Assembly: GCA_017508825.1 (NCBI GenBank)
Contig: JAFWRC010000013.1
Span: 3,786-67,785 of the forward strand
From: Lachnospiraceae bacterium
GTDB taxonomy: Bacteria; Bacillota; Clostridia; Lachnospirales; Lachnospiraceae
DNA length: 64,000 bases
Direction of reading: 5' to 3'
This document shows, one piece after another, positions 46,876 to 57,446 of this stretch. The translations under genes were made by a program, and so were the position numbers. The notes below the pieces were generated by a model. It saw only the letters and a list, made by a program, of their open reading frames with translations. It ran no database searches and was not told the DNA's origin. Every line of letters starts with the position of its first letter. The stretch's first letter is position 1.

Positions 46876-49800
46876 TTAAATCGCGATCGTCCGGTCAAGG
46901 GCAAAGGAATAGATCAGACGCTCTTTTACCGGGATGCCGCGGATCTGGGTGAGCGCCCGTGCATAGAGTTCCAGCTGCTTCTGATAACGGGCCACCAGCT
47001 CCTCTCCGGCGCTTACCCGGTCGGTCTTGTAGTCCAGAAGCACCAGCCCGTCCTCTTCCTCCAGATACACGTCGATCACCCCCTGAATGATGATCTGCTC
47101 CGTCGCCGGGTAGGAAGCCTCCAGTTCATTGGCCTTTACTCCCATAAAGAACGGCTGCTCCCGAAACAGCTTTCCTTCTCCTGCCGCCTTCCTCATTCTT
47201 CCGGCTATGTCCTGTCGCAAAAACTTCTCCATCGCCGGCAGGCGGATCAGCCCCGCGTATTCCTGCGACAGCCTTCCGGAATCACGCATCTGCTGCAGGC
47301 TCCGCTCCAGCCAGCCACGCAGGGGGGCAGACTCCTGCGCCGCGGGGTCTGACCCCCTATTCTGCTCCGGCATCGTCTCATAAGGCAGCAGTTCCAAAAA
47401 GCGATGGTAGGCGCTGCCCCGGCTGGTGCCGCTGCTCTCCTCCCCATCTTCCGCTCTCGCAAAATCCGGAATATAAGCCTCCCTGCGTTCGGTTTCAAAA
47501 ACGCGTCTGGCCTCTTCCTCGTCAAAAGCTGCATGCTTTAACTCCGATACCGAAGTCTTGGTATACAGTCCCTTCAGTTCCGGATGCGAATAGACCCGTT
47601 CTGCCTCTTCTTTGAGTTTCTGCCACAGCACAAGATTCATGCCGTATCTCCTGCTGCGCAGCAGCTGCTCATCCACGGCTGCTTCCGCTGCCTCTTTTAC
47701 GATCTGCTGCTTCAGATCCTCGGGATGCATGATGCGTACATACCCGATCAGCTGTCCCTCTGCCGCCAGCGCCATACGGATCAGCTGCATTGCATTGGAC
47801 GCTTTTTTGATCGTAAAGGTATCCGGCGCTTCTTCGTCCTCGCCCTCCTGTGTTTCCCGCACGTCCGTCAGGATCAGCTTCTCCTTTGCTCTCGTAAGCG
47901 CTACATACAGGATGCGCATCTCTTCGGCCAGGGCATCCTCCCTGGATTTTTGCGACAGCACGCTCCGTTTGATCCCGCGGATCCTGCAGCGGCGCACCGG
48001 ATCCACCGCATCCAGTCCGATCCCCAGATCCGAATCCAGCAGCATCGTGGCAGACGCATCCCTGAAGTTAAATTTCTTGTACAGCCCCATGCAGATGCAG
48101 ACCGGGAACTCCAGCCCCTTGCTCTTATGGATCGTCATCATGCGCACTACATCCGCCGACTCATCCAGCATGCCGGCTTCGCCGAAATCCACCTCCCGGC
48201 TCTTTAACTGGCTGACATAGCGCACAAAGTGAAACAGCCCCTGATAACTGCCGCTCTCATATTCCGATGCCCGTTCCAGCAGCAGCTCCAGATTGGCCCT
48301 GCGCTGCGCGCCTCCCGGCAGGGCGCTCACATGATCCAGATACCCGCTTTCCGCAAGCAGCATCTCCAGCAGTTCCCGGACTCTGCGGTATTTCGCAAGC
48401 GCCCGGTAACGTCCGAGCCAGTCAAAAAACTGCTGCAGTTTCCCGCAGATCCCGGGATCTGTATGATCCCGTTCCGGATAAGACCTCAGCAGATGATACA
48501 GGCTGCCCTGTTTCTCTTTCGCCCGGAGCATCGCGATCTCTTCCTCGGTAAAGAGTTTTAAAAACGAAGTCAGACAGGCATACAGCGGCTGATCCTGCTG
48601 CGGATTGTCGATCACCTGCAGCGCGGAAAGTGTCATCCGTACTTCCAGCGTCTCAAAATAGCCGGCCTGCGCTCCGCAGTGCAGCGGGATATCATATTCC
48701 GCGCAGACCTGCCGCATAGCTTTCTCATAGTCTTTCGTTGACCGTACCAGGATCACGATATCACTGTATCGGATCGGGCGCAGCGCTTTCTGCTCCCCAT
48801 CCCAGACAGGAAAGCCATCCCGCACCAGGCGATGGATCCGGTCTGCTGCCAGCCGGCTTTCCAGTTCCCGCTTTGTCGGTTTTCTTTCGGCATCCTCCGC
48901 AAGATCCGCTTCCTCTTCCTCCGTTTCCGGATCCTCAAGTTCTTCCCTGGGATCCAGGATCAGAAGCTCTGCCCTGCAGCGTCCGGTATCGTCCTGCGGA
49001 TAATACTTTGCCCCAAGATGAAGCGCCGCACGTTCATCATAGTCCATTTCTGCCGTATCCTTCTGCATGATCTGCCGGAATATGGCATTGACAAAATCCA
49101 GCACTTCCGTACGGCTGCGGAAATTCTGATTCAGATCGATCCGACGGTTGATGCCGTCTTCTCCGAAACGATCGTATTTTTGCAGAAAGATCTCCGGCCG
49201 CGCCAGACGGAAACGGTAAATGCTCTGCTTTACATCGCCCACCATAAAGTAATTGTCTTCACGAACGATACTCGTTAATACCGATTCCTGCACGTAATTA
49301 CTGTCCTGGTATTCATCCACGCAGATGTATTCAAAATAGTCCCGGAATTCCTCTGCGGCCCTGCTCGGAATCTGCTTTCCGTCCTTCTCCTCCCAAAGGA
49401 TCTGCAGGGCAAAATGTTCCATATCCGTAAAGTCCAGCGCATTCTTTTCCCGCTTGGCCGCCGCAAAGCGTTCCGCAAAAGCTAAGGCCAGCCGGCAGAG
49501 CGCGGCCGTGTTCACCGCGATCTCCTGCTGCGCCGCCGCATACTGCTCCGCGCTCAGACTGTACTGTTCCCGCAGTTTTCCGATCAGTTCCTTGATCCGG
49601 TCGATGCGCTGCTTGGCCAGCTCACGCACCGCAGGATCCTCCGTCTTGCCTTTTTTCGAAGACAGTTTCGGGATCTCAAAAGCCGAAAGGATCTCCTTTC
49701 GCCGTTCATACCCTGCATTATCCGAAAGCCGTTCCGCAAGCAGCCGGTAATCCGAAACCGCCCCCAGATACGCCTCCGGCCCGTCCGGGGCCTGTACCAT

Positions 49801-50511
49801 CGCCAGCGTCTCTTCCGCCGTTTTTTGCATCTGCGCGATCATCTCATCCGCGCTTTTGGTAAGACGCGCAAACCAAGGTTCGGCTGACGCCTCTGCCAGA
49901 TCTGTCACCGCCGCATCCTTCATCGCTTTACGGATCCACGCTTCCGGCTGCGGAAGGCTCATCGCGAAATCAAACAGCCGCTGTATCATCGAGATGACCT
50001 CACTCTCCCGTCCGCCCGGCGCATAGCTCTCCATGAGATGGATAAAATCCTCCTCTGCAGCCGCATATTCGTCTTCCAGCATTTCCTCCATCACATCCTG
50101 CATCATCAGCGTGCGTTCGCCGGTGTCCAGAATGCGGAAACCCGGATCCAGATCAATATCCGCAAAATTATTTCTCACCACATACAGACAGAAGCTGTCG
50201 ATGGTCGTGATCTGCGCATTATGCAAAAGGGCCGCCTGGCGGTCCATACGCAGATCTTCCGGATGCTCCGCCACATATTCCGCGATCGCCTTGCCGATAC
50301 GCTCACGCATCTCTGCCGCAGCCGCCTTCGTAAATGTCACGATCAGCATGCGGTCAATGTCGATAGGATGCTCCGGATCGGTCAGTAAGGAAAGGATCCG
50401 CGCCGTCAAAACTGCAGTCTTGCCGCTGCCGGCAGCTGCAGAGACCAGAAGGTTCGCATTTCTCGCATCGATCACGGCCCTCTGCGCATCCGTGAATTCT
50501 ACCTTAGCCAT
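46876..50511 (-). CDS. addA: ATP-dependent helicase/nuclease subunit A
   Basis: AAAGSGKT, VDEYQD, VGDVKQSIYRFR, TIHKSKGLEF, YVALTRA and nuclease GVID..LDYKT. Confidence 0.96.
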   Translation of the reverse strand: MAKVEFTDAQRAVIDARNANLLVSAAAGSGKTAVLTARILSLLTDPEHPIDIDRMLIVTFTKAAAAEMRERIGKAIAEYVAEHPEDLRMDRQAALLHNAQITTIDSFCLYVVRNNFADIDLDPGFRILDTGERTLMMQDVMEEMLEDEYAAAEEDFIHLMESYAPGGRESEVISMIQRLFDFAMSLPQPEAWIRKAMKDAAVTDLAEASAEPWFARLTKSADEMIAQMQKTAEETLAMVQAPDGPEAYLGAVSDYRLLAERLSDNAGYERRKEILSAFEIPKLSSKKGKTEDPAVRELAKQRIDRIKELIGKLREQYSLSAEQYAAAQQEIAVNTAALCRLALAFAERFAAAKREKNALDFTDMEHFALQILWEEKDGKQIPSRAAEEFRDYFEYICVDEYQDSNYVQESVLTSIVREDNYFMVGDVKQSIYRFRLARPEIFLQKYDRFGEDGINRRIDLNQNFRSRTEVLDFVNAIFRQIMQKDTAEMDYDERAALHLGAKYYPQDDTGRCRAELLILDPREELEDPETEEEEADLAEDAERKPTKRELESRLAADRIHRLVRDGFPVWDGEQKALRPIRYSDIVILVRSTKDYEKAMRQVCAEYDIPLHCGAQAGYFETLEVRMTLSALQVIDNPQQDQPLYACLTSFLKLFTEEEIAMLRAKEKQGSLYHLLRSYPERDHTDPGICGKLQQFFDWLGRYRALAKYRRVRELLEMLLAESGYLDHVSALPGGAQRRANLELLLERASEYESGSYQGLFHFVRYVSQLKSREVDFGEAGMLDESADVVRMMTIHKSKGLEFPVCICMGLYKKFNFRDASATMLLDSDLGIGLDAVDPVRRCRIRGIKRSVLSQKSREDALAEEMRILYVALTRAKEKLILTDVRETQEGEDEEAPDTFTIKKASNAMQLIRMALAAEGQLIGYVRIMHPEDLKQQIVKEAAEAAVDEQLLRSRRYGMNLVLWQKLKEEAERVYSHPELKGLYTKTSVSELKHAAFDEEEARRVFETERREAYIPDFARAEDGEESSGTSRGSAYHRFLELLPYETMPEQNRGSDPAAQESAPLRGWLERSLQQMRDSGRLSQEYAGLIRLPAMEKFLRQDIAGRMRKAAGEGKLFREQPFFMGVKANELEASYPATEQIIIQGVIDVYLEEEDGLVLLDYKTDRVSAGEELVARYQKQLELYARALTQIRGIPVKERLIYSFALDRTIAI

Positions 50512-53500
50512 TCTGTTCCCCTCCTTCGTCTGCTCTGCCCATCTTCTTACGGATCAGCTCCCAGGCCGTATCCTTATCCAGCTTCGTCCCCCGGTACCGG
50601 CACCCCGGCAGCTTTCTGTCAAACGGACAGATCTCTCTGTGCGTGCAGTACCTGCAGCTGTCTTCGTCAAAAGGCGCCGCTTCTTTTTCCCCGGCCCGGA
50701 TCCCGCTGCCCAGCTCCGTCACCTTGCTCTCTACATAATCCATCAGCAGGTCCAGATCCTCTGCCGGAACCACCTCGGAATCCTTATAGTATCCGCCGTC
50801 TTTTTTCCGGCGCAGCCGGATCACATCCGAATTGCTGTCCCCCGTGTTATCCAGTCCGCGCACTACGGCATCGTCTGCGCTGATCATACCGGTCACCCGC
50901 AGCTCCTTCCGCAGCTCGGCATCGATCACCTCTTCTGCATTCTCCGCTCCCGCCTCTTTCAGATCGATGATCGGATCCTTCAGGATATAGTAAAAGGCCG
51001 CTGCCGGGATCACCGTTTCCCCGGGTTGTTCCTTTTTTGCCTGCGTAACAGCTTCCCGAAGATACAGCAGCAGCTGCAGCTGCATTCCGGCATAGATATT
51101 TTTGATATCCAGCGTCCTTTTTCCGGATTTGTAATCGGTCACCTTCAGATACTGCCGGCCGCCTTCTTCCATCCTGTCCAGACGGTCGATCTTGCCTACC
51201 AGCTGCATCCGGCCGCCGTTCCCGTCCAGCTTAAGCTCCCTTTGAAAACCGCTCTCGTATTTCACCGGAACAAAACTGCCTTTGGACAGCTGATACTTCG
51301 TCATCTGCAGGGTACGGAGCAATACACGTTCCATACGCTTCCACTGATACGCCGTACGCGCATCCTGTGTCAGCTGTTCCGTACCGTAGGCGCCCAGTGC
51401 CCGTTCCGCAGACTGCTTAAGCAGCCTGCGAATATCCGCATCCGTGATCTCCTGCCAATCTGCGCCCTCTTCTTCCATACCGCGGCCAAACTGCTCCAGT
51501 ACCGCGTGATAGAGATTACCGATATCAAAACTCTGCAGTTCATGCGTTTCGCGCTCCTGCAGGCGCATTCCGTATTTCAGGTAATGGGCATAAGCGCATT
51601 CCGCGAACTGCTCCATGCGGCTCACGCTGTTCCGCAATACTTTTCCGTACAGGTTCTCACCCGTCTCTTCCGAAAGCCTGTCCGGGTGATAGCGGTAAAA
51701 TGCTGCCTCCGTCAGTTTTTCCGCCAGCTGCGCATCCTCCGCATGCAGCATATCGTAGATCGTAAAAAAGGTCATTTTTTCCGCATCCGGCATTGCGCCC
51801 GCTGCAAAAGCCGATAATGCTGTCGCTACCTTTGCCGCGCGCTGTCCCGGATCCGAGATCTTCTCCTCCGCTGTTTCGACCCGCAGTTTCGGATACATCT
51901 GCCGCAGTACGCCGATCAGATAGGACGGACGTATGCTCTCCCCCTTGGGATCCATCTGCGCAAAGGATACGATCAGCTGTTCCGCCGGACGGCTCATCAC
52001 ATGGTAAAGATAGAGCCGCTGGATAAACATCTGCTGTCTCGGTGTGGGCGCCAGCGCAAAACCGGATGCTGCCAGGAACTCACGGTCCGGATCTGAGATC
52101 ATCCCACCGCTGCCGCCGGCTCTGGGTACCACACCGTCATTTACGCCCGCAAAGAACAATACACGTATCGGCTTTAAGCGTGTACGCTCCATATCGCCAA
52201 TCACTACACGGTCCACATCCAGCGGCAGTACGCCCACTTTGATCTCGGAAATACCTGCTTCCAGGATCTCCTGATATTCCTGCAGGCTCAGTTCTTCCTC
52301 CTTCAAAAGTCCGGCGATCTGCTCCAGCAGTTCGCAGATATAGCGGTAGATCTGGGAATATTCCTTCTCCCGTACCACGTCACCGTTTTCGTGAAAGAAT
52401 GCCACATAGTCTTCCAGCTTGGCAAAGATATCATTTTCCGTGATGAAACGGTAGAGCGCCTCCGTGATCTCTGCTGCCGTCCCGCCCTTTTTGATCTCTG
52501 CAAGCGGCTTTAGGATCTCATAGACTGCTGCCCGGGTCGCATCGATCCTCTCCAGTTTCTCCGGATCGTCCTTCATATAACGCGGCCGTCTCGTAAACGG
52601 CTTTGCCCATGCACGTTCTCCCCGCAGCCCGGTTGCGATCAGATAATTCTCCAGCGCATCCACATCTTCCGGATCCACATCCGCCATTCCGCACTTTAAG
52701 AAATGCATCACGCTCTCATAAGGGAAATCCCGCGCTGCGATCTCAAAAGCGCTGCGCAGGAATTCAACAAACGGATTCTGCTCCAGCTTCTGGTTGTTGT
52801 CCAGGAAAATGGGGATCTCATACTGTGCCGCCAGCTGTTCCGCATACGGTGCATAACGCTCCAGGTCTCCGCTGACCACGGCAATATCCCGATAGGCCAT
52901 TCCCCCTTCCCGGGTAAGCTCCCGTATCCTGCGGAAGATCTCCCGCAATTCCGCCTTCGGATCCTTTGCCGCAAAACACGACAATTCTCCGGCGGTCTCA
53001 CCGGAGTAAACATGATCCCTGCCGCGGAACAGATTCTGTTCCAGAAAATCCAGTACCGGCCGCCCTTTGTACCGGTACACGGTTCCTTCCGGCATAAAAA
53101 GATCTTCGCCCCGTGCGCAGCCGGCATTCTGTGCCAGCTGTTCCATAGAACGCATCGTCTTATCACTCAGGGCAAACAGGCGGTGTTCTTCCGGATGTCT
53201 TCGGTAACTCTCCAGCTCCGCCGGCGGCATGATGACGGTCACGATCACTTCACTGCAGACACTCATCAGCTGTGTGATCACGTTATCCTGTACCGGAGTA
53301 AATCCCGTAAAACCATCAAACGCTACCACGCTGCCCTTCATTTTTTCCGATCTTAAGATATCCCCGGCAAGGATATCCATCCGTTCTTCTTTGGCAATAT
53401 AATCCTGCCCCAGCCACTCCTGAAAGGATGCGTAGATCTTATTGATATCCTTCAGTTTTGCCTGCAGCAGTTTCTTCCCCCGGGCATAATCGATCAGGCG

Positions 53501-53920
53501 CTGCACCTCTTCCACGCCCAGGCCGTACTGCATAAACTCCGAGATCACGGACTTTACTTCATGGATATATCCGCTGCGTTTTAAGGAGCTGCCGATCGTC
53601 GGAAGCTCTTCCGCCAGCTGTCCCGCAATGCGCCGCAGCAGCAGGTTCTTTCCGGTATCGTCCAGCACGATCCGTTCCGTCTCCCCCACTTCATCTGCCA
53701 ATCGGTGGCAGAGACGCCCGAAGCTCTGCACGTCGATGTTCATAATGCCTTTCCGCGGCGTGCGCTCTACGATCTCTTTCTGTGTCTGCATGGTAAACTG
53801 ATCCGGTACGACAATGATAAACTGCCGTCCCGGCTCTTTTTCCGCCCGTCGTATGATCTCTTCCTGCAGCGCGGTGCTCTTCCCGGAGCCCGAACCGCCT
53901 ATAATGAATCTGAGTGACAT
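50504..53920 (-). CDS. addB: ATP-dependent helicase/nuclease subunit B
   Basis: GGSGSGKS, VPDQFT, DGFTGFT, GKIDRLD, DYKSG and C-terminal Fe-S Cys; overlaps addA. Confidence 0.95.
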   Translation of the reverse strand: MSLRFIIGGSGSGKSTALQEEIIRRAEKEPGRQFIIVVPDQFTMQTQKEIVERTPRKGIMNIDVQSFGRLCHRLADEVGETERIVLDDTGKNLLLRRIAGQLAEELPTIGSSLKRSGYIHEVKSVISEFMQYGLGVEEVQRLIDYARGKKLLQAKLKDINKIYASFQEWLGQDYIAKEERMDILAGDILRSEKMKGSVVAFDGFTGFTPVQDNVITQLMSVCSEVIVTVIMPPAELESYRRHPEEHRLFALSDKTMRSMEQLAQNAGCARGEDLFMPEGTVYRYKGRPVLDFLEQNLFRGRDHVYSGETAGELSCFAAKDPKAELREIFRRIRELTREGGMAYRDIAVVSGDLERYAPYAEQLAAQYEIPIFLDNNQKLEQNPFVEFLRSAFEIAARDFPYESVMHFLKCGMADVDPEDVDALENYLIATGLRGERAWAKPFTRRPRYMKDDPEKLERIDATRAAVYEILKPLAEIKKGGTAAEITEALYRFITENDIFAKLEDYVAFFHENGDVVREKEYSQIYRYICELLEQIAGLLKEEELSLQEYQEILEAGISEIKVGVLPLDVDRVVIGDMERTRLKPIRVLFFAGVNDGVVPRAGGSGGMISDPDREFLAASGFALAPTPRQQMFIQRLYLYHVMSRPAEQLIVSFAQMDPKGESIRPSYLIGVLRQMYPKLRVETAEEKISDPGQRAAKVATALSAFAAGAMPDAEKMTFFTIYDMLHAEDAQLAEKLTEAAFYRYHPDRLSEETGENLYGKVLRNSVSRMEQFAECAYAHYLKYGMRLQERETHELQSFDIGNLYHAVLEQFGRGMEEEGADWQEITDADIRRLLKQSAERALGAYGTEQLTQDARTAYQWKRMERVLLRTLQMTKYQLSKGSFVPVKYESGFQRELKLDGNGGRMQLVGKIDRLDRMEEGGRQYLKVTDYKSGKRTLDIKNIYAGMQLQLLLYLREAVTQAKKEQPGETVIPAAAFYYILKDPIIDLKEAGAENAEEVIDAELRKELRVTGMISADDAVVRGLDNTGDSNSDVIRLRRKKDGGYYKDSEVVPAEDLDLLMDYVESKVTELGSGIRAGEKEAAPFDEDSCRYCTHREICPFDRKLPGCRYRGTKLDKDTAWELIRKKMGRADEGGEQNG

Positions 53921-54012
53921 ATTTTTTCTCCCGTATGCCTTCGTATAACGGCCGCTGAATATCCGCCCGATATGCTTATATTAACATAGGTACTGTCTGT
54001 TTTTTCGGACTT

Positions 54013-54046
54013 GGCTTCCCCTTGTGGGGAACCTTGTGGGGAAGCC
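54013..54046. repeat. REP-like family A variant with internal duplication
   Basis: GGCTTCCCCTTGTGGGGAACCTTGTGGGGAAGCC. Confidence 0.7.
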
Positions 54047-54121
54047 AGGTTCTGTTTTATTTTGTTTTATCTTTCTTTCAGAAAAACCCGAAGCGTATCG
54101 AAGCGCTTCGGGCCATAAAAA

Positions 54122-55612
54122 TTACTGCAACAATTCCTTCAAAATTTCATTTATCACGCCCGGGTTTGCCTTTCCTTTTGCTGCCTTCATGGTCTGTCCT
54201 ACCAGGAAGCCGAGCGCCCGGTCCTTTCCAGCCTTAAAATCGGCAACGGACTGCGGATTGTCTGCCAGCACCTGCTCGCAGATACCGCGGATCGCACCGG
54301 CGTCGTTCTCCTGCTTCAGGCCCTTTTCTTCCACATACCGCACGGGATCGATATCCTGCGCGAACATCTCTTCAAAGACTTCCTTCGCTACATTGGTATT
54401 GATGATCTTATCATCTACCAGTCCGATGAGCGCTGCCAGATGCGCCGGCGAAAAACAGATATCCTCCGGGTCCGCATCGTGTTCTTTTAAGAGCCGCAGT
54501 GTCTCACCCATCAGCCAGTTGGAAACTTTCTTCGGCTGGCCGCAGATCTTCACGGTCTCTTCAAAAAGCTCTGCCATATGCCGGCTCTGTGTGATGATGT
54601 CGATATCATACTCCGGAATGTCATATTCCGCTTTGTACCGCGCCATCTTCTCCGGCCGGAATTCCGGCTGTTTTGCACGTACCGCATCGATCCATTCCTG
54701 TGAGATCTCCACCGGCGGCAGGTCGGGATCGGGAAAATAGCGATAATCCCTGGCATCTTCCTTGCTGCGCATCGCATAGGATGTTCCTTCCCGGTCATCA
54801 AAGCGTCTGGTCTCCTGCACGATATCTTCTCCCGCTTCCAGAAGCGCGATCTGACGCTCTCTCTCATGCGCGATCGCATGCCGGATGGCCGTATAAGAGT
54901 TGAGATTCTTCATCTCGGTCCGGGTACCGTAATACGCCTCGCCCACAGGGCGCACCGACAGGTTCACATCGGCGCGCATAGAGCCTTCCTGCAGCTTGCA
55001 GTCCGAAGCTCCCAGATAGGAGATATACATCCTGAGTTTTTCCAGATATGCGATCACTTCCTCTGCGTCTCGCATATCCGGCTTTGATACGATCTCGATC
55101 AACGGCACGCCGGCGCGGTTATAATCCACCAGCGACACATCGTCCCGCTCGTCGTGGATCAGTTTTCCCGCATCTTCCTCCATATGGATCTCATGAATGC
55201 CGATCACTTTTCGCCCGCCGCTTTCCGTTTCGATCTCCACCGATCCGTTCCGGCAGATGGGCAGATACAGCTGTGAGATCTGATAATTCTGCGGATTGTC
55301 CGGATAGAAATAATTCTTCCGGTCAAACTTCCCATGCCTTGTGATCTCACATCCCGTTGCCAGTCCGACGGCGATGGCATATTCCACGACCTGTCGGTTC
55401 AAAACCGGCAGCGTTCCGGGCATTCCCATGCATACGGGGCAGGTATGTGCATTCACCGCTCCGCCGAATGCGGTAGAGCAGCCGCAGAAGATCTTACTCT
55501 TCGTCGCCAGCTCCACGTGCACTTCCAGGCCGATGACCGTCTCGTACTCCAAAGGCAGCGTATTTCGCTCCCTGCCGGCCGATCCTTCTTCTGTCCTATC
55601 GCGAGAACTCAA
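54122..55612 (-). CDS. gatB: Asp/Glu-tRNA amidotransferase subunit B (exact start uncertain)
   Basis: IGLEVH, RKNYFYPD, HMEEDAGK, MRADVN, QETR and YRYFPDPDL motifs. Confidence 0.96.
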   Translation of the reverse strand: MSSRDRTEEGSAGRERNTLPLEYETVIGLEVHVELATKSKIFCGCSTAFGGAVNAHTCPVCMGMPGTLPVLNRQVVEYAIAVGLATGCEITRHGKFDRKNYFYPDNPQNYQISQLYLPICRNGSVEIETESGGRKVIGIHEIHMEEDAGKLIHDERDDVSLVDYNRAGVPLIEIVSKPDMRDAEEVIAYLEKLRMYISYLGASDCKLQEGSMRADVNLSVRPVGEAYYGTRTEMKNLNSYTAIRHAIAHERERQIALLEAGEDIVQETRRFDDREGTSYAMRSKEDARDYRYFPDPDLPPVEISQEWIDAVRAKQPEFRPEKMARYKAEYDIPEYDIDIITQSRHMAELFEETVKICGQPKKVSNWLMGETLRLLKEHDADPEDICFSPAHLAALIGLVDDKIINTNVAKEVFEEMFAQDIDPVRYVEEKGLKQENDAGAIRGICEQVLADNPQSVADFKAGKDRALGFLVGQTMKAAKGKANPGVINEILKELLQ

Positions 55613-55890
55613 TCTTCGTCCTCTTCCTTATCCTCGCAATCACAGCCACAGCCGCATTCACATTCGCCGTCGCAGTTCTTGGTCTCACACTTGCCGGTAT
55701 TATTGTTGCCGTTATTGTTACCGTTTCCGCAGTACTTCTTCACTTTGCGGGGCGGCGCGAGCAGAAAGCCCAGGATAATGCCGGCCAGAACACCGATCAG
55801 GATCTGCATAAAGACTTCCCTGCGGGTGGTGATCACTGCATCATCCATCCCTTCAAAATACGCGCTTACTTTGTTTTTGATCTTTTCCAT
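55609..55890 (-). CDS. Small single-TM protein with Asn/Cys/acidic tail
   Basis: CAGGAGG RBS, one TM, GNGNNNGNNN and CECGCGCDCE. Confidence 0.75.
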   Translation of the reverse strand: MEKIKNKVSAYFEGMDDAVITTRREVFMQILIGVLAGIILGFLLAPPRKVKKYCGNGNNNGNNNTGKCETKNCDGECECGCGCDCEDKEEDED

Positions 55891-55906
55891 TTTATTTTCC
55901 TCCTGT

Positions 55907-57352
55907 TTATAAAAATATTCCCCTGATTTTTTCGTACGTGAAGGCGGTGCGGAGCAGGATATCCTCGCGGAAACAGTCCGCGGTCAGCTGCAATCCGATG
56001 GGAAGACCGATTCGGTCTTTTCCGCAGGGCAGGCTGATGGCCGGCAATCCCGCCAGGTTCGCCGGAACCGTATAGATATCGCTTAAGTACATCTTCAGCG
56101 GATCCTTAAGACTCTCCCCCAGTTTCGGCGCCGTCGTGGGAGCCACCGGTCCCAGGATCACATCGTACTTTGCAAAAGCATCATCAAACGCTTTTTTGAT
56201 CAACGCCCGCACCTTCAGTGCTTTCAGATAGTACGCATCGTAGTATCCGGATGACAGCACGAAAGATCCCAGCATGATACGGCGTTTCACCTCTGTTCCG
56301 AAACCTTCGGAACGCGTCTTTTTGTACAGATCATGCAGATCCGCATACTCTGCGGTGCGGTACCCGTATTTAATGCCGTCAAAACGTTCCAGGTTGGAAC
56401 TTGCTTCCGCATCTGCAATGGTATAATACGCCGGGATCGCATACTCCGTATATCCCAGACGGAATACTTCCACAACTGCCCCGGCTGATTTCAGTTCCTT
56501 CGCCGCGCGTTTTACGGCAGCTGACACCTCCGGATCCAATCCTTCGCCGAAATACTCCCGCGGGATACCGATCTTTATGCCTTTTACATCCTCCTTCAAC
56601 GCCTCGGTAAACCGTGTATCTTTACGCTTAAGGGAAGTAGAATCCTTCACATCGTGCCCACTGATCACTTCCAGGATCGTGGCCGCATCCGTCACATCCT
56701 TCGCCAGCGGTCCGGCCTGATCCATCGAAGATGCATACGCCACAAGGCCGTAGCGGGATACCGTGCCGTAGGTCGGCTTGATCCCTGTCACACCGCAATG
56801 CGCTGCCGGCTGCCGGATCGACCCGCCGGTATCGGTGCCCAGCGCGCACCAGCATTCCTTCGCGGCCACAGCCGCTGCAGAACCACCGGAAGATCCCCCC
56901 GGAACATGACTTATATCCCATGGATTTTTTGTCACGCCAAAGGCCGATGTCTCCGTTGTGGAACCCATGGCAAATTCATCCATATTGGTCTTGCCGATGA
57001 TCACGGCGCCGGCTGCCTGCAGCCGTTCTACCGCCGTTGCGGAATAAAACGGAACAAAATTATACAGGATCCGTGATGCACAGGTTGTCTTAATCCCGGC
57101 CGTGCACAGGTTATCTTTGATCGCAACCGGTACACCAACCAGCGGCCCCGTCAGTTCCCCTGCATCGATCCCGGCCTGTATGCGTGCCGCCTCCTCATAG
57201 GCCTTTTCCTTATCTGTTGTAATATAACAGTGATACTGTTCCTCCACGGCATCGATCCGAGCAAACACTTCATCCAGTGCTTCCCGTACTTTTACATCTC
57301 CTGCTGCGATCTCTCGTCCCAGTTCTGCTGCCGTGAGTTCTGATAATCCCAA
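55907..57352 (-). CDS. gatA: Asp/Glu-tRNA amidotransferase subunit A
   Basis: GKTNMDEFAMGS, PGGSSGGS, DTGGSIRQP and EVKRRIMLG motifs; TTG start with AAGGAG RBS. Confidence 0.96.
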   Translation of the reverse strand: MGLSELTAAELGREIAAGDVKVREALDEVFARIDAVEEQYHCYITTDKEKAYEEAARIQAGIDAGELTGPLVGVPVAIKDNLCTAGIKTTCASRILYNFVPFYSATAVERLQAAGAVIIGKTNMDEFAMGSTTETSAFGVTKNPWDISHVPGGSSGGSAAAVAAKECWCALGTDTGGSIRQPAAHCGVTGIKPTYGTVSRYGLVAYASSMDQAGPLAKDVTDAATILEVISGHDVKDSTSLKRKDTRFTEALKEDVKGIKIGIPREYFGEGLDPEVSAAVKRAAKELKSAGAVVEVFRLGYTEYAIPAYYTIADAEASSNLERFDGIKYGYRTAEYADLHDLYKKTRSEGFGTEVKRRIMLGSFVLSSGYYDAYYLKALKVRALIKKAFDDAFAKYDVILGPVAPTTAPKLGESLKDPLKMYLSDIYTVPANLAGLPAISLPCGKDRIGLPIGLQLTADCFREDILLRTAFTYEKIRGIFL

Positions 57353-57388
57353 CGATTTCTCCTTTAAATTCCGGTTCCTCTTTGTTTC

Positions 57389-57430
57389 CCTTATAAGGAA
57401 AAAATACCGCCCCCGATCCGGGGGCGGTAT
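57389..57430 (-). terminator. Intrinsic terminator after the MCP gene
   Basis: ATACCGCCCC-CGGATC-GGGGCGGTAT-TTTTT on the minus strand. Confidence 0.85.
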
Positions 57431-57446
57431 CGGTCTTTCTATAACT

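Noticed and set aside
50033-51817. Long plus-strand ORFs (594 aa here; also 57333-58940, 36691-38244, 35360-36730, 62662-63927, 45548-46750)
   Set aside because: Antisense shadows of well-supported minus-strand genes, with no recognisable motifs; expected from codon bias at this GC content.
46876-53920. Helicase/nuclease pair as a defence system
   Set aside because: Motifs and gene order are those of housekeeping AddAB.
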